NCBI RefSeq assembly: GCF_009834535.1
Contig: NC_045717.1
Coordinates: 27,280,001-27,344,000, forward strand
Length of the DNA: 64,000 nucleotides
Reading direction: 5' to 3'
From: Camelus ferus
Lineage: Eukaryota
A model generated the notes under the pieces. That model was not told the DNA's origin. It worked only from the letters and a program-made list of their open reading frames with translations, and did not search any database. The first letter of the stretch is position 1. Each line of letters starts with the position of its first letter. The translations under genes and the position numbers were made by a program. Positions 42,229-56,700 of the stretch are shown here, in pieces.

Positions 42229-43117
42229 TCCCTGGCCACAGGCGGGCGTGTGTGGCCCACACTGGACTTGGGGCTGCCACAAGGCCTGCCTCCGTCAGTC
42301 TTCCCAACCCTCCCCTCCTCGTGGGCCTTGAGCAGTGCCTCCTCTGCTCAGAACACTTCAAGGACTGGGGTGAGCGGTGGCCCCTCCCTCCCCACACGCA
42401 TGGCACTGCTCAGCTCCAGGTGGCTGTGCCCACCAAGGGACCTATTGGATGGCTGGGCACAGAGGGCTGCCCATCCCGCCCACCAGGGAGATGCAGAGAG
42501 CGGGCAGGACGCCGCCCCCACCAGCAGCCTCCGCCGGGGCACCCGTTGCACTCTGCTCACCCGACTCCCTGCACCTGGCTGGACTGCGGGATGCCCCAGC
42601 CCAGGGTCAGGGGCAGCTGCTACTCGGTGCCAAACCCCGTGGGGCACAGAGCCATATACCTCGACGTCAGCCTGCCCCGCCCTCCACCTCTGCCCGCTCT
42701 CTCCACTTCAGGAAACGCCGCACTTTATGCCCCATCCTCCCTTTCTCCACCTGGGGCCCCTGGCAGCCTCAGGCGTGGGTCTGAGGAGACGGGACTCACA
42801 CCCCCTGGCAACCAGGGCCCTGTTGCCTGCAGCACCAGGGGGCGGCTCCAGCCCGGTCCCCTGACCCCGCAGGTCCTGTTTCTGTTGAGGCTCCCATGAG
42901 ACAGCCTGGGGTCCTGGTCCTCCTCCCTCATTTTATTTATGTTTCTGTTTACAAATTGGAGTGGGGTCCTCCGGGGGCAGGGCAGTGCTCCAGGCCCTGG
43001 TGTCACCACAAGAGGACGTGGCTCGAGCCTGTCTGCAGGCTGGACTTAACCACACCTCTCTCCCACAAGGACCACACTGTGAAGTGACGACTGCCTTGAC
43101 CCCGTGCTGTTTTATTT

Positions 43118-43123
43118 ATTAAA
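43118..43123 (+). terminator. Candidate MIER2 polyadenylation signal (ATTAAA)
   Basis: The only AWTAAA hexamer I found downstream of the stop codon, in a U-rich context about 890 nt after the stop. Confidence 0.5.
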
Positions 43124-43499
43124 CTTGATTTGAAGCCCGTGGGTGCGCGTGGTGCATCAGGCCGCTGGGGCTTGGGAGCTGCTGGGGCCACAGCAGGGGC
43201 AGAGCTGGGAGGGGCCCACGTCCCAGCAGGGAGGCTGAGGGCAGCGGTGGGGGCAGGTTCTGTTTCCAGTCTGCGGCCCTGGAGTCTTCACAGCCACCGT
43301 GTGACTGCACTCCAGCTGGGAAGGGAGGCCTCGGGTGGAAGGCGGATCAGGAACCGGCTTCAGGGCCGGTCCTTGCAGGGCTGGCTGTGCCAGCATCCAG
43401 ATGAGGGACTAAGGACTCACTTCGGTTGGAGCTTCTGCTTTGGTGCTTTGGAGGAGCTGCGCCCCATGTCCTGGCCCCTGCTCTCAGGGGAGCTCTGCC

Positions 43500-44700
43500 C
43501 TCATCCTCATCTCCATAGCTCTCTTGTGACGCCTCCCGCTGTGAGCAGGGTGTGGCCTTTTCAGGTTGGCCTCCTGCCCTTGGTCATGTGCGTCTGAGTT
43601 TCCTCCAGGCTTTTCATGGCTTCCAGCTGATTCCTTCACGCAGAGCGACATCCCCGTCTGGACGGACCAGGGTGCTTACCTGTGCACCTGCTGATGGGCT
43701 CCCGGTGGTTTCCCTGTGGGCCGCTGCGGGCGGGTTTTTGTTTGGATACAGGGTCTCACCTCAGTTGGGTGAGGACCAAGGAGCTGAGCTGGGTGGTGAT
43801 GTAAAGTTTTGTGAGGACCCTCCTACCTGTCGTCCGGAGCGGCTGCATCGTTTGTGTTCCTGCCCGTTGCTCCCTGACCCCCTCGGGTTTGGGGTTTGGC
43901 TGTTCTGCCCAGTGTTTTCCCCAGCCACTCGGAGGTGGGCGCTCACCCTTCCTGTGGGTCCCGGGTTCCGAGGTCTCGGTGAAGGGAGTTGGCTGTGATG
44001 CTTGGAGCCCTCCTTGGTGGGAAAGTCCTAACGCCTTTGTTTTTCAAGCACTTTTTTTAAAACTTCCTTCAGCATTTTGAAGATGTTCCATATATTCCTG
44101 GCTTCTCTTGTTTCTGAAAAACACCTGGTCACTCTTACATGTGTTCCCAAATACACGTACGCGTTTTCTGACCGATTTTCTTTGTTTGGTGGTGACGCAC
44201 CTGGTGTAGCTTCCCCCATGAACCTGAGAGTGGATGCCTTCCATCAGCGTGGGGCCGTCCTGGCCAATACCTGTTCCAATGTCTGCTGCCCCTCAGTCCC
44301 CCTGGTCCCAGGTACACGGGGAAACCCTGATGTGCACGGACCACGCGTCCCTCTGTTCTCTCCCACCTGCCCTCTGCTCTTCTGGGGTCTCACTTGGTCT
44401 GCCCCACGGCATCGTCAGCGCCTTTGTTGTGTATTTTAATTCTAGTATCTGCACTTGGGTTTTTCATTTATTTGCTGAAATGCTCCAATTTACATCTGTG
44501 TGCGTGTTCTTTATCCTTTTTATAAAGTTCCTGTATAAGTGTGCTGTTTTAGCATCCGGATCACTTCTGGAGATGATTCTGTTACTACTCTTCCCCCCAC
44601 AATTACAGGCCACAGTTCCCCCTTTTTGGTGGTTGTCTGTAAACGTGTTACTTCCATCGTGTTGACTCGGATCCCACCAGCGCCCTGCTGAGCTCCCCAT
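43500..44700 (-). mobile_element. Old L1 remnant between MIER2 and PLPP2
   Basis: cagcattttgaagatgttccatatattcctggcttctcttgtttctgaaaaacacctggtcactct resembles the antisense L1 ORF1 region. Boundaries approximate. Confidence 0.5.
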
Positions 44701-47700
44701 GCCTGCGTGCCTTCCTCCCACCAGCCGGGACCCAGTCGTGCCCCTGTGGTGGTGGCAGGTCAGCGCCGTGCTGGGGTGGGGGTCACTCTTGCACCGGCAG
44801 GGGAGTGTCCAGGGCGCAGGAGCAGACTCCGGGGCCAGTGTCATCGTGACGTCAGCGCTCTGCTCCCTCTTCCTCACTTGCTTTGCGCTCGGCCCTGCAT
44901 GGTGCCTGAGGCGCCACCAGAAGCCCCAGGACGCGACCTGAAATCTGTGGTCCCTGCAGAGAGCCTCTTCACCAGTAGCTCCAAGAAAAGTCCTTGGGTG
45001 AGATTTGTCCTTGAGCCTGACGCCCATCCGGGCACCGGGAGCTCTCGCCGGGCAGGAGGGGTCACTCCCCTCATGGGGTCAGACAGGCATTCCGGAGAGG
45101 GGCTGGCCTTCTGGGGAGAAGGAGCCAAGTCTGGGGGCAGGAATGGTGGCAGCTGGGTTGGAGCGAGCCCTGAGGCCAGAGTGCGTGCCGGGCCAGGGTA
45201 CTGGCAGTTTCCTCGGGAGGGAGCAGGGCCGCAGTGAGGGGGGCTCTCGGGAGACTGGAGTTGGGGGGCATCGCTGTTGACCAGGAGCTTCCTGTTCTGT
45301 CAGTTGTCACTGGGCATTGAACAACAGGGCCTAGGACGAGGAATGTGGGTCCCACTTGCCTCAGGAAGGCTTCTCGGCTGCCAAGGTGACGTCTCCAGAG
45401 TCCATCCCGGGGCTGCCAGGTCTCTGCTTGTGTGGTTTCAGTTCACCTCTGGTCCAGGGGTCTTGAGGTGAACCAGGCCCTTCCTGCTGCAGGGCTTCTC
45501 TGATTCCCATCCCAGCCCCACCAGGACCACACCCAGGCCTCCACCTCTGTGGAGACGTGTTGCTGTCGTCTTCCTGCTTTAGTTTATCCAGTGTCTTCAC
45601 AGGGGGAGAGGAGGTCTTTTGTGAGCTCCTACATTCTGACCCCATGTGGAGGTACCAAGCCAGGAGGCGAACCTGCTCCAGCCCCTCTTTGATGAAGGAG
45701 CCGGGCATCCGCCAGGGCCACACCTGGAGACTGACGCACAGGCTGTGTCTGTGGGGCCAGGAAGCGGGGGGGAGGTTGCCATGAGCCTCCCTGAACCAGG
45801 CTGTGTTGGGGACCCTGGGCCTGCCCAGACTGGACCCCACTGTCCCTGCTTGTTTTCCCAGTTTCGGGTTCGTGGGTGGGGCTGCCAGGTGAACGAGGGG
45901 ACACACAGACTGCAATGACAGGAACAAGTGTTCAGAGTAAGTATATCCGAGACAGTATTTGGGACGTACTTAACATCGAATGGTTTGTTGCTCATCTAGG
46001 AGTCAGATTTAACCAAGTCCTGTGTGTGTTTTTGTTAAATCTGCCAACCCTCTTTCTGGGTGGCTGTAGGACATGGAGACTGTGCTGCCTGGCACACTTA
46101 GTGCCCCGTGTGTGTCCAGATGTCGAGGCTGAGCCGTGGCTTAGCCTCACGGTCCAGCCAAGGCCGCTCCTGCCCCACCCCCTGGAATAACCCCCTTCCC
46201 CAGCGTGTGGAGGCTTCTGTGGGGTCAGGTGCCCCAGTGACCCAGAGAGCCCCCAGGCCTCCCCTGCAGAGTCTGAGCCCCAGCACTTCTTGCCCAGGGA
46301 GGACGCAGAATTGGGGCGCCCGGGAGCCCTTGGGAAGCGAACTCAGCCCCTGCTGTGCTGGGCTGTCCAGTCAGCGAGGAGGGGCCCTCCCGTAGTGCCC
46401 ATGACCCTTTCCCTCACCTTCCTCACCAGTCATAATACCCTGGCCCCAGAGGGCCTGGGTCCGTGCTCAGCAGCTCTGCGTGAGTCTCCTTGCCCAGCGT
46501 CCTGGCTTTGGGGGCAGGGACGGAAGGGGTGTGAATGGGAGCCTGACTGAGTGGGTGGTGTGGTGACCCCCATTTTCTCTCACGTTTTCAGAGAAGCAGG
46601 TGGAGACCAAGTCTCCATGAAGATGGCTCACGGGCTCATCTTACATGGCAGGACCCCACGAAGGCCTGGGCTCTGGGCACTGAGTTTGTCTCACTGGTTC
46701 ACTTTCGGTCAGAAGCACTGAGTGAGCGAGCGCCTGGAGCTCAGGGCTGGGAGTGAGCAGACAGATGGTGGTGCCAGCACTCTCCGGGGCGGGGGGTGGG
46801 GACAGGGAGGGGACTGTGGGTCAGGGTGACCCAGGGGGCTCCCGGGACAGGACAGGACAGCGGCTCAGTGCTGAAACCAGGAGGGTCACTCTGCCTGTGA
46901 CTCGAAGGTCGCCAAGTGCTAGGAGCAGTGCTAGCAGGGATACTCGGTTCTGAAGGAAGCCGGCCCCGACACCTATGCTCACCACTGCAGGAGTGCGTCC
47001 CAGTCAGCTGGGCTGCTGGGGGTGTCATCCTGTGCTTGTTGTGCAGGTGCAGAAGGAAACACTGAGGCCACCCGTCCCTCTGCCAGTCCTGCCCAAGTGT
47101 CACAGCCTATCACAGGCATAGTGGAGGGGCAGCCTCTACCCTGGGACCCTCAGAGGGAATGGAGCCTCTGTCAGGGAGACGACTCCCACGTGGCCTGAGC
47201 CCCAGGAGAAGTACAGAGAGAGGTGACGAGAGGCTGCACTCAGGCGGCTCTACTGCATGCAGACCCCTCTCTGCCCACCCCCAGCCACCCCTCTCTGATC
47301 GTCACAGCAGTCCATTTGGGAACGAGCCCAGAGTCCCGCAGGCTGAGCTGAGACAGTCGGGCGAGAGGAAGCCACAGCCTCTGAGCCCTGAGCGCCAGTG
47401 CTTAGGAGTGACCACCAGGCACAGGGGGTTGGTCCAGTCTCCAGGAGACACAGGCAAGGCCTTGTACCCAGTTAGGGGCTTAGTGACCATCAGCACCTTC
47501 CAGCTTGCAGGTGAGGAAGAAGCCACCGGGCTCCCAGCCCCACTCTGTCCCCAAGGCTGGCCTCATTGCCCTGGGTTCTCCTGCGAGGGGCCTAAGCAGA
47601 TTCCAGCAGGAGAGCCAGGCCTAATCCTAACTCTGATCCTAATCCTTGCTGCCCTCACTACATTTTAATCCTGACCCTGCCCAGGTATTTTGAGGACAAG

Positions 47701-49559
47701 TGAGACTGAGGTCAGCAGGGAGGGGAGGATGGCCACTTTGGTGCTCCAGCCTCATGCCCACCCTCCCTCCAGCCATCTGGTGAGCTCATCAGGACAGGCC
47801 CTGTGCCTTCCCACCCAGCCTCTGCCCGTGCAACCTGGGCCAGCCCCTCCCAGTGACCGCCCCCTGCCAGCACACAGTAGGTACTCCATAAAGAACCTGC
47901 GTTTTGTTGACTCCAATATAAGGTCACACCTCTACCTTAACTGAAAGTTGAGTCCACTGTTAAAGTGAACAAAAGTGCAACGGTGCCGGCTAATAAGAAT
48001 GTAACACCCACACCTTCACCCGTACTTTGTCAGGTGATTCCAAGGTATGAATGAGTGAATGAGGAACTGAGTGGATGTCTGAACTGCCTTTCCCTGGGGC
48101 CTGCCCCTTCCCCGTGAGTGCACTGGGGAAGGCAGTAGGCTGAGCCTGAGCCTGCCTGGGGCAGGGCCTCGCTGGGAGGAGTGCTGGATGCCCCGCCTCC
48201 CCAGTCTGAGACTGGCCCCCTGGCGACAGCTCCACCCCTGCTCAGATGGGGCGGGGGCGACCTTCTGGGCAAGTAACCTGATTCTTCTGGCCACCTTGTA
48301 GGAAGTCTGGGGGAGGAAGCTGCATTTTCAGGATGTGCCCTCCCAGCTCCTGGGGTGTGTGGTTGGAAAAGGGGAGTTGCTGGGACGTGTCTCCCACGCC
48401 GTGTCTCTGCCACACCACAGATGGAAAATCCAGGTCCTGCAGTTTCCATGCAGGAGCTTGTCATGTCCTGGGGGTGGGCTGAGTTATTTTGAGTGTGTGT
48501 GGGGGTGCCTGCTGGCTTGCTTAAGGATAGTTGTTCTGGGGTGCAGGGGCTTTGGCCCAGAGAAATGCCCCTCAACCCCAGTGGTGGAGGAGCTGCAGAT
48601 CAGCTGTGCACTGTCCCTGACTCCAACGACTTAGCTCTCTCCTTGGACCCCCCCGCCCCACCCCCACTCCCGCTAGCCCTCCCAGGAAGCAGGTACAGGG
48701 GCTCTTAGTTCCTAAGTCCCAGATGCTTGACCTTGGCCAGGGGCTGCCCCTCCGTGGACCTGACTCCCTTCATCTCTGAAAGAAGCTGAGAAGCATCTGC
48801 TTTAAGATTTTTGGAGGCGGTGAGGCTGGGGACAGGCTGCTAGGGTTCCATCTTCTCACTGTGTGACCTTGAGAGAGTGACAGAACCCCTCTGGTGTCCT
48901 GTGGGGTCGAAGCGGGAGTCTCGAGAAGGTGCTGGCACTACCAAGCCCTTTCAGATGGTTCCAGCCCAGAAGACCCAGTGGGAGTGCGTGGACACCGAGA
49001 GTGAATGCGATGGGCCCCTGGGGCCTCAGGTTCCCCAGCTTCCGTGCTTCTGACCCCCAGGAGCCTCCCACTCAGAGCTGCCTTGGGACCTGGTGGGAAC
49101 GTGGGGCACCAGCCCCAACGCTGACCCTGTCCAGAGGGTGAGCAAGTTCCTACCTCCTGGCGGGGCTTGCTCTCGGGGTAGTAAGTGTGCGACATAGGAA
49201 CAGGGCCTGGCACAAACAGGGTGGGTGTTGAGGAACCTGATCTTCTCAAGTGCCAGGGTAGTGGATTTAAGCCTTAGGAGGAAAGAAAACCAACCTCCGC
49301 AGTTTTGCCATGACACCCCGTCAGTTTTTAGGCATTTCCTGATTCCGAGGTACTAGCTCACACACAGCACTAGTGCCACTCTCCAAGGAGGAGACCGAGG
49401 CTCAGAGAGGGCCCCGGGCGGACGCGTCTGTGGGAGCCGGTGCTCCATCCTCCTCCACACCCCGATTCTGCCGGTCTGTCCGTTCACCCCCTCACTCACC
49501 CGTTCCTTTGTTCCTTCCGTCTCCCCTTATTCGCCGACTCAGCCGGCCCAGTCTGTGTG

Positions 49560-50760
49560 TGACGGGGGCGTGCTGCCGGACCCGGACCCGGACGCTCTGG
49601 GGTGATCCCGGACTCTCCGTCCCTGAGCCTCAGCCTCCCGGTCTGCGGGCGGGGTGATTGTCGGGCGCAGGCGATTCCTCCCAGCTCGGAGACCCGCCAC
49701 CCCTCCTCGGTACCGACCCGGGTTCCCCGGCCGCCCCCGCGCGCACTTTCCACCCGCTCTCCGCCCTGAGCTCGCGGGCGGGGCGGGGGCAGAGTCCGCC
49801 CCCTCCACTCGGGCTGCTCCGCCCCGCACGCCGCTCCCCTGCTCTGTCCTGCCCTCCCCTTGCAGGCTGGGCCCGGCTCCGCGACCATGTGACCCCGGGG
49901 CCCGGCCGGGACGCGACGGGACGCGCTGGGACGGGCACCGGGGGTCGCGGGCGCGGCCCGGGGCGGGGGCGGCATGGAGCGGAGGTGGGTCTTCGTGCTT
50001 CTCGACGTGCTGTGCGTGCTGGTCGGTAAGAGCCGCTGGGACCTGGTGTTTGAGGGGGGACCCCTTCCCAGGCGGTACCTGTCCCCGCTCCCTGCGAAGG
50101 TTTGTAGGACAGGTGGTGGGGTGCGCGGCGCCTCCACCCTTCGGAGGCCCTCTGGAGGTGGGGAGAACTTGGGGGGACACTCAGGCCGCGAAACGACCTC
50201 TGCGCCCCCCGCCCCTAGTGCCCTAGCGCCTGCCTGCGCCCTCCCGGGCCTCAGTTTCCCCTACGCGTCCCAGGTTCCGGAGGGGGTCGGTGTCAGGAAG
50301 TCGCCGTCTGGAAGGGGTTCGGGGGACCAAGTATGCCTCCCCCTCCCGCCCTGCCCGGTCGGGCCAGGGCGGTGATTCACGCGGGCGGTGGCCCGGTTGG
50401 GGAGGGCCGGGTGGGTGGCGCGACCGCGGGTCGCCTGGAGGCCCTCCAACCCCTGGCCCTCGGGCGGCAGTCCCTGTCGGGTCAGGGAGGGCTGAGCCCT
50501 GGCCCAGGACGCACCGGTAGTGGGATTCGAACCCGCTCCCAGCCGCCCTCTCCCCTCGGGCCTGGGAGAGGCAGAAGAAAGGCTGGGCCGCCGGCTGTTG
50601 TTGGACTGGGGGACTCGGGGTGGCGCGGACCAAACCTGTCCAGCGGGTTTGGCGGCCAGGCCGGGGGAGGGGGCAGCCCGAGGTCCCCTCCCCGCCCCTC
50701 CCCCAGGGAACAAAGGCTGAGTGTTTGTCTGCTCCCAGGCCGTGCGGACCATGACCCCGG
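49560..50760 (+). promoter_or_regulatory. CpG island / PLPP2 promoter
   Basis: High GC and CpG density with GC boxes (ggggcgggg) surrounding the ATG at 49974. Confidence 0.85.
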
Positions 50761-53700
50761 CACCGGGAGGGGCCCCTCCAGCCTAAATTGCCCTCCCCAC
50801 CCCCTGGCTGGTGCTGCTCCTCTGTTGGGACCCGCGGGTCCGCTCTGACCGATGGCAGATGTCAGGCTCTACTCCCAGGTCCTGGAAGAGACCCCTTTGG
50901 GGTGGGCCAGGTGGCAGCACAAAGCCCCCAGGGGACGTCAGCCAACACTGGGCATCACTTCCTGAGCAATTATTATTTATTTTAACATTTATGTGTGGCA
51001 CTTACTGTATGCCAGGCACTAGGTAACATGCAAATGATTAAACCTTTTCCTCCAAATAGCTGGTGAGGGAGGAGCTTGTTGTTAGCAGATGGGAGACTCC
51101 CCCTTAGAATGGAGGTCCCACAGAAAGGTGGGTTCTTGCCCGCTGGCTGGAAAGGATTCGCAGCACAGGCAGAGGGACAGAGTGAAAGCTGCTTTATTGC
51201 TTAAGGGGAAGAAGAAAAGGCGCTGGAGCGGGGAGCGGGGGAGCCGTAAGCCCGGGTGGCTTGACCAGGAACTGCCGCCCTTGGGGGTCTCAGCTGGGTC
51301 CTTTTATCTGTTCCTCTTTGTGGCTTCTTCTCGTTGGCTGCCCTTTTCGCCCTCACTTCTCCGCTCATTCCCCTGACTCCTTCTGCTCTGTGCAGCAGAG
51401 TACTTCGCAAAAACAAGGTTAAGCAGTCGGGACCCTCAAGCAGTGTGGTCAGGCAAGATTAGATCTATCAGGGCTCTCTTTTCCCTTCGGATAACTTTTT
51501 CCATTTCTCAAGCAAAAGTATCTGCTCAGACGTAGGTTAAATTTAAACTTATAAAGGATTCTCTAGACAATGAGACCGAGTTTCAGTTCCCTAGTTCCCT
51601 GCGTTTCACCCCAGAGATGTTCATCCACCTGCTGGAGGTCACACGGCGGGGGAGGTGGAGCTGAGACTGGGTGGTGTGCTGACGCTGTACTAGGTGCTGG
51701 TGGTCAGGCAGACCTGGCTTCCATTCTGGAAGCTTCAATACATGAACAGTTCAGTTCTCGATGGTGACAGGCTCCTGAGGACATTGGAGGTGGGTGGGAG
51801 GGCAGGGAAGCTCTGGTGGTGTCTGCCAGGGTGGGGGCAGGGAAGGGGTGGGTGACACAGACATCTGAGCCAGAGCATACCAGGCAGAGGGCGGCCCCAG
51901 TTCCAGTGCTCTGAGCTCTGCTTCCTGAATCCCAGGTCGGATGGTGGGGGGCTGGGGGGTGGGGTGGGTGGGGGTGGCTGACTCTCCAGAGGAAAGGGCT
52001 GGGGCTGAGGGAGAAGGGTTGGGAGGCTGACCTCGCTGGTCTGGGCACGCCGTGTGGGCCCCTGCCCGGCTCAGGCCACAGGGATAGGGCCTGACTGGAT
52101 TTCTCAGTCTTCTGAGATTTGATCTCCTTCCCCTGCCCCTCCTCCCAACTTTGGGAGTCTTCTCAGAGGCCTGTCTGCCTCCACCCTTGCCCTCACTCAC
52201 AGCAGGCAGAGATCTCGTGCCGGCATCCCCCTGCTCCCTGCCACCCAGCCTCCCACCTCACTCCCAGCCCTTCCCAGCGGGGCCCAGGCCCACCTCTGGG
52301 CCTCCTCCTTTACGCCACCTTCTCTGTGTGCCTACCCGACACCCTATTGAAGCAGCAGCCGCCTCCCCTATGTTTGTTTTTTTTTAAATTTAATTTAATT
52401 TAATTTTTTAAAGCATTTTCTTATTGAGTTATAGTCATTTTACAATGTTGTGTCAAATTCCAGTGTAGAGCACTATCTTTCAGTTATACATGAACATACA
52501 CATACTCATTGTCAAATATTTTTCGCTGTGAGCTACCACAAGACCTTGTATATATTTCCCTGTGCTTCCCCTATGATTTTTATTCCTAGCCCCTCTAAGC
52601 TCCAAGAAGCAGACCTCTGTATTTTCTCCACTGAGTCTTTTCCCAGACTCAGCCCCAGCACGGAGTGGCCCTGGAGGCCCTTGCATTTGGCCTTTGGAAG
52701 AAGGAGTTGGCCCTACCCTCCCCTGCTCTGGGATTCTGGCCCCAGAAAAGCCACACCTTTCTATACCTGTCATCTGTCCTGCCAGGGCAAAGGGCACACT
52801 GCCTGGGTTTGTCCCTTTCACCCACCCCGGAAGCAGAGAGCCCAGGGCTCTGGTGCTGTGGTGCTGTCTTGCAGAGCCTGGTCATGGCTTGTGGCTCCTG
52901 AGTGTGCATTTGGACGGAGCTCCTAGGGCCTGGCTGCGTCTGCCAGTCACCGTGTGCCTGGCTCAGGGACAGCCCAGGGGTGCAGGCATCTCAGTGCCCC
53001 CTTACCGCAGTGTGTCCCCGATCTCTGGCTGGCCCTAGAGTGATGAGCAGGGAGGCCTGTGACACACTGGCCTTGGCCAGGCCTGGAGCAGCTCTGGGGA
53101 CTGAGCCTTGAACACGGTGGCCCCCCTCCCCACCCCTCAGGTGCCCATAGATGGGTGTGTGTATTGAGGGCCGTGGTCCAAGTATCACACGGCAATTGCA
53201 CAGTTACACACAGGGGCCAGAAACATGAAGAATGGGAATTTCCTCCTGTGAGAGTGGGGCCAGGAGCAAGCAGTCAGGAGGGTGAGTGGAGGTCAGTCAG
53301 AGATGTTCTGGGCAGCGAGAATGATGTGACATGTGCCAGCTTTGTGCGGAGGGCAGGGGGAAGGGGAGAGGGTAGAGATGGGGGTGGGGAGTGTGGGCCT
53401 GGGGAGGAAGTGCTATTTATCTGATATGACAGGGAACCACAGGGGGTTTTAATGGGGGCAGCAACCTCCCATCTGACTCAAGGAAAGCTCCTCCCAGCTA
53501 TCGGGTGGACAGGAGGTGAGGGAACCAGGATGGACAACCCAGCTTGTGTATGTGGCCCCGGAGCTCAGCCATGGGAGCCTGCAGCCGGGGGCAGGGGCCT
53601 CGTGGTACCAGCCTTTTCTTCCTGCCCCCTCCAGCCGCCCTGCCCTTTGCCATCCTGACGCTCGTGAATGCCCCGTACAAGCGTGGATTCTACTGTGGAG

Positions 53701-56700
53701 ATGACTCCATCCGGTACCCCTACCGTCCAGACACCATCACCCACGGGCTCATGGCCGGGGTCATCATCTCAGCCACCGCCATCCTTGTAAGGGCAGAGAG
53801 CCTCCGAGGGAACGGGTGGGTGTTAGTTCTGCCCAGGGTGGTGTCTGTGGGGAAGAGGGCCCCTTTCAGAGTGCCTGGGTCCCGGTGACGTCAGGGCAGC
53901 CAGGAGTCCTGACCCCTTTCAGTGGGTGGGACCTAGCGAGGCCCAGTGCCCCTGCCTGGTGGAGACCCCACGGCTGCTACCCCTGCAGGTGTCAGCCGGG
54001 GAGGCCTACCTGGTGTACACGGACCGCCTCTACTCCCGCTCCGACTTCAACAACTACCTGGCCGCCATCTACAAGGTGCTGGGGACATTCCTATTCGGGG
54101 CTGCTGTCAGCCAGTCACTGACAGATCTGGCCAAATACATGACTGGCCGCCTGCGGCCCAACTTTCTGGCAGTGTGTGACCCCGACTGGAGCCGTGTCAA
54201 CTGCTCAGTGTACGTGCAGGCGGAGGTGTGCAGAGGAAGCCCTGCTAACATCACCGAGTCCAGGTGGGCAGTGCTGGAGGGCCTGGGCACAGACACACAC
54301 CCCCAGGAGCAGAGGGGTGCTAGAGAAGGGCCCTCAGGAGCTGGTTATTGAGGGATGAGGTGCTGGACAGAGAAGGTGAAGAGGCAAGACATTGGCAGAG
54401 AACAGGCGGGAGCAGGGCCTGGAGGTGCTTGTTGGCCTGCGTCCCACAGACGGGAGGTGAGGGTCCAGGGATGCCGGCAGGCCCAGGAGCGAAACAGTAG
54501 GTGTCAGGAGACAAGCTCCACCTCCTAAATTTCAGGCCCCATTCTCATGCTTCTGCTCTGTCCTCTCACCATCTCTACTGATAGAATTTTCATTTAATTG
54601 ATGTTCTTATTTTACCTCTTTAAAAATTAAGTGAAATTCGCATAGCGTAAAATCCACCAGCTTAACCGTCTTAATGTGTACCATTCATTGATTTTTGGCA
54701 CATTCACAATGTTGTGCATCCATCCTCCTAATGTTATTCCAGAATATTTTCATCATGGAAAAAGAAACTCCATGTCCATTCTCTATAGCCCCCCTCCCCC
54801 AGCTCCTGGCAACCAGGTCCCCCACTCTCTGTGTCTGTGGACTGGCCTGTTCTGGACGTTTCACATCAGTGGAATCACACATTGTGTGGCCTTTGTGTCT
54901 GGCTGCTTCAATGTTTCAGAGTTCATCCATGTTCTCACTTCTGTCAGTTTTTGCTTTGTGTGCTTTGAGGCTCTGTTTTTAGGTGCGTATATCTTTGCAA
55001 TTGTTATGTCTTCTTGATGGATTGATCCTTTTATCACTATATAATGTCCTTTGTCCCCCAGCAGTTTTTGACTTAATATCTATTTTGTCTGAGAGTAGTG
55101 TAGCCACTCCCGCTGTCTTTCAGTTACTGTTTACTTCCATTCTTGTTCTTTCAGCCTATTTGTGTCTTTGAATCTAAAGTCAGCATCTTGTACACAGATG
55201 TTTTTTCAATCTTTTCTCCAATCTCTGCCGTTTAATCGGGGAGTTTAATACATTCATTGTAATTACCGATATTTTGTCATTTGTTTTCTATATTTTGTAT
55301 CTTTTTTGTTTTTCAGTTTCTCCACCAAGGCCTTTTCTGTTACATAGGTATTTACTATGCAAAAAATTTGCAGCTATATGACTCTACCCTCTACGAGGTT
55401 ATTGTCAAAAATTATGTCTTTATACATTGTGTGCTCATCAACATAGATTTATAATTACTGTTTTATGCAGTTTTTTTAAAAAATGAGGTATTGTTGTCAT
55501 ATGACATTATTAGTTTCAGGTGTACAACACAATGATTTGATACTTGTATGTCATGTGGAATGAGCACTGTAAGTCTGTTCAACATGTCATGATGTATGCA
55601 TGTTTTTACTTAATCATGGAGGGAAAAATAGGAACTGTAAACCAAAACACATTATTACTGATGTTCATATTTTGTAGTTACTCTCACTGTTGTCTTTTAT
55701 GTCTCTGTGTGGATTTGAGTTACTGTCTAGTAGCCTTCATTTCTCCTTGAAAGACTCCCTTTTGCATTTCTTGTGGAGCAGGTGTATGAGCTATGAATTC
55801 TCTCGGTTTTTGCTTGTCTGGGAATGTCTAAATTTCTCCTTTATTTTTAAAGGATGATTTTGCCGGATAGAGAATTCTTGATTGACAGGTTTTTTTGTTT
55901 CTCTTACTGTAATTTGAATATGTCGTCCTTCTGGCCCCCATGGTTTCTGATAAGAAATTAGCTGCGAATCTTATTGAAGATTCCTCATACATAATAAGTC
56001 CCTTCTTTTGCTGCTTTCAATGTTTTCTCCTTGACTTTGTCTCTTGGTAGCTTGATTAGAATGTGTCNNNNNNNNNNNNNNNNNNNNNNNNNNNNNNNNN
56101 NNNNNNNNNNNNNNNNNNNNNNNNNNNNNNNNNNNNNNNNNNNNNNNNNNNNNNNNNNNNNNNNNNNNNNNNNNNNNNNNNNNNNNNNNNNNNNNNNNNN
56201 NNNNNNNNNNNNNNTACCTATTGTGTATATGTTGCTACGATTTGATGGTGTCCCACAAGACTGGGGCGCATTCATTTTCTTCATTCTTTTTATGTTTGGT
56301 GCCTCAGACCAAAATTCTCAGCTGACCTGGCTCCATGTTCACAGACTCTTCTGCCTGCCCAGGTCTGATTTTGAGCTCCTCTGGTGATTATTTTATTTCA
56401 AATACTACAGTTTTGAATTCCAGAATTTCTGTTGTGTTCATTTTTATAACGTCTGTTTCTTCTTGATGTTCTATATTAGGTGAGACATTTTCACAGTACC
56501 TTTAGCTCTCTGAACACAAATGACACGTTAAAAGTCTTTGTCTAGTAAGTCTAACGTCTGGGGTTCCTCAGGGACAGCTTCTATTAGTAGATTTTTCCCC
56601 CCTGTGTATTGCCCACATTTTTTTCCCCCCGTGTGCCTTGTAATTTTTTTTGTTGAAAAGTGGGCTTTTAAAAATTGAAGTATATAGTCAGTTATAATGT

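Noticed and set aside
50500-50560. Possible tRNA gene (TTCGAA T-loop motif)
   Set aside because: No acceptor stem, D-arm or A-box; the context fits a MIR remnant.
55985-56387. ORFs spanning X runs
   Set aside because: Artefacts of the N gap; flanking residues are L1 ORF1 remnant.
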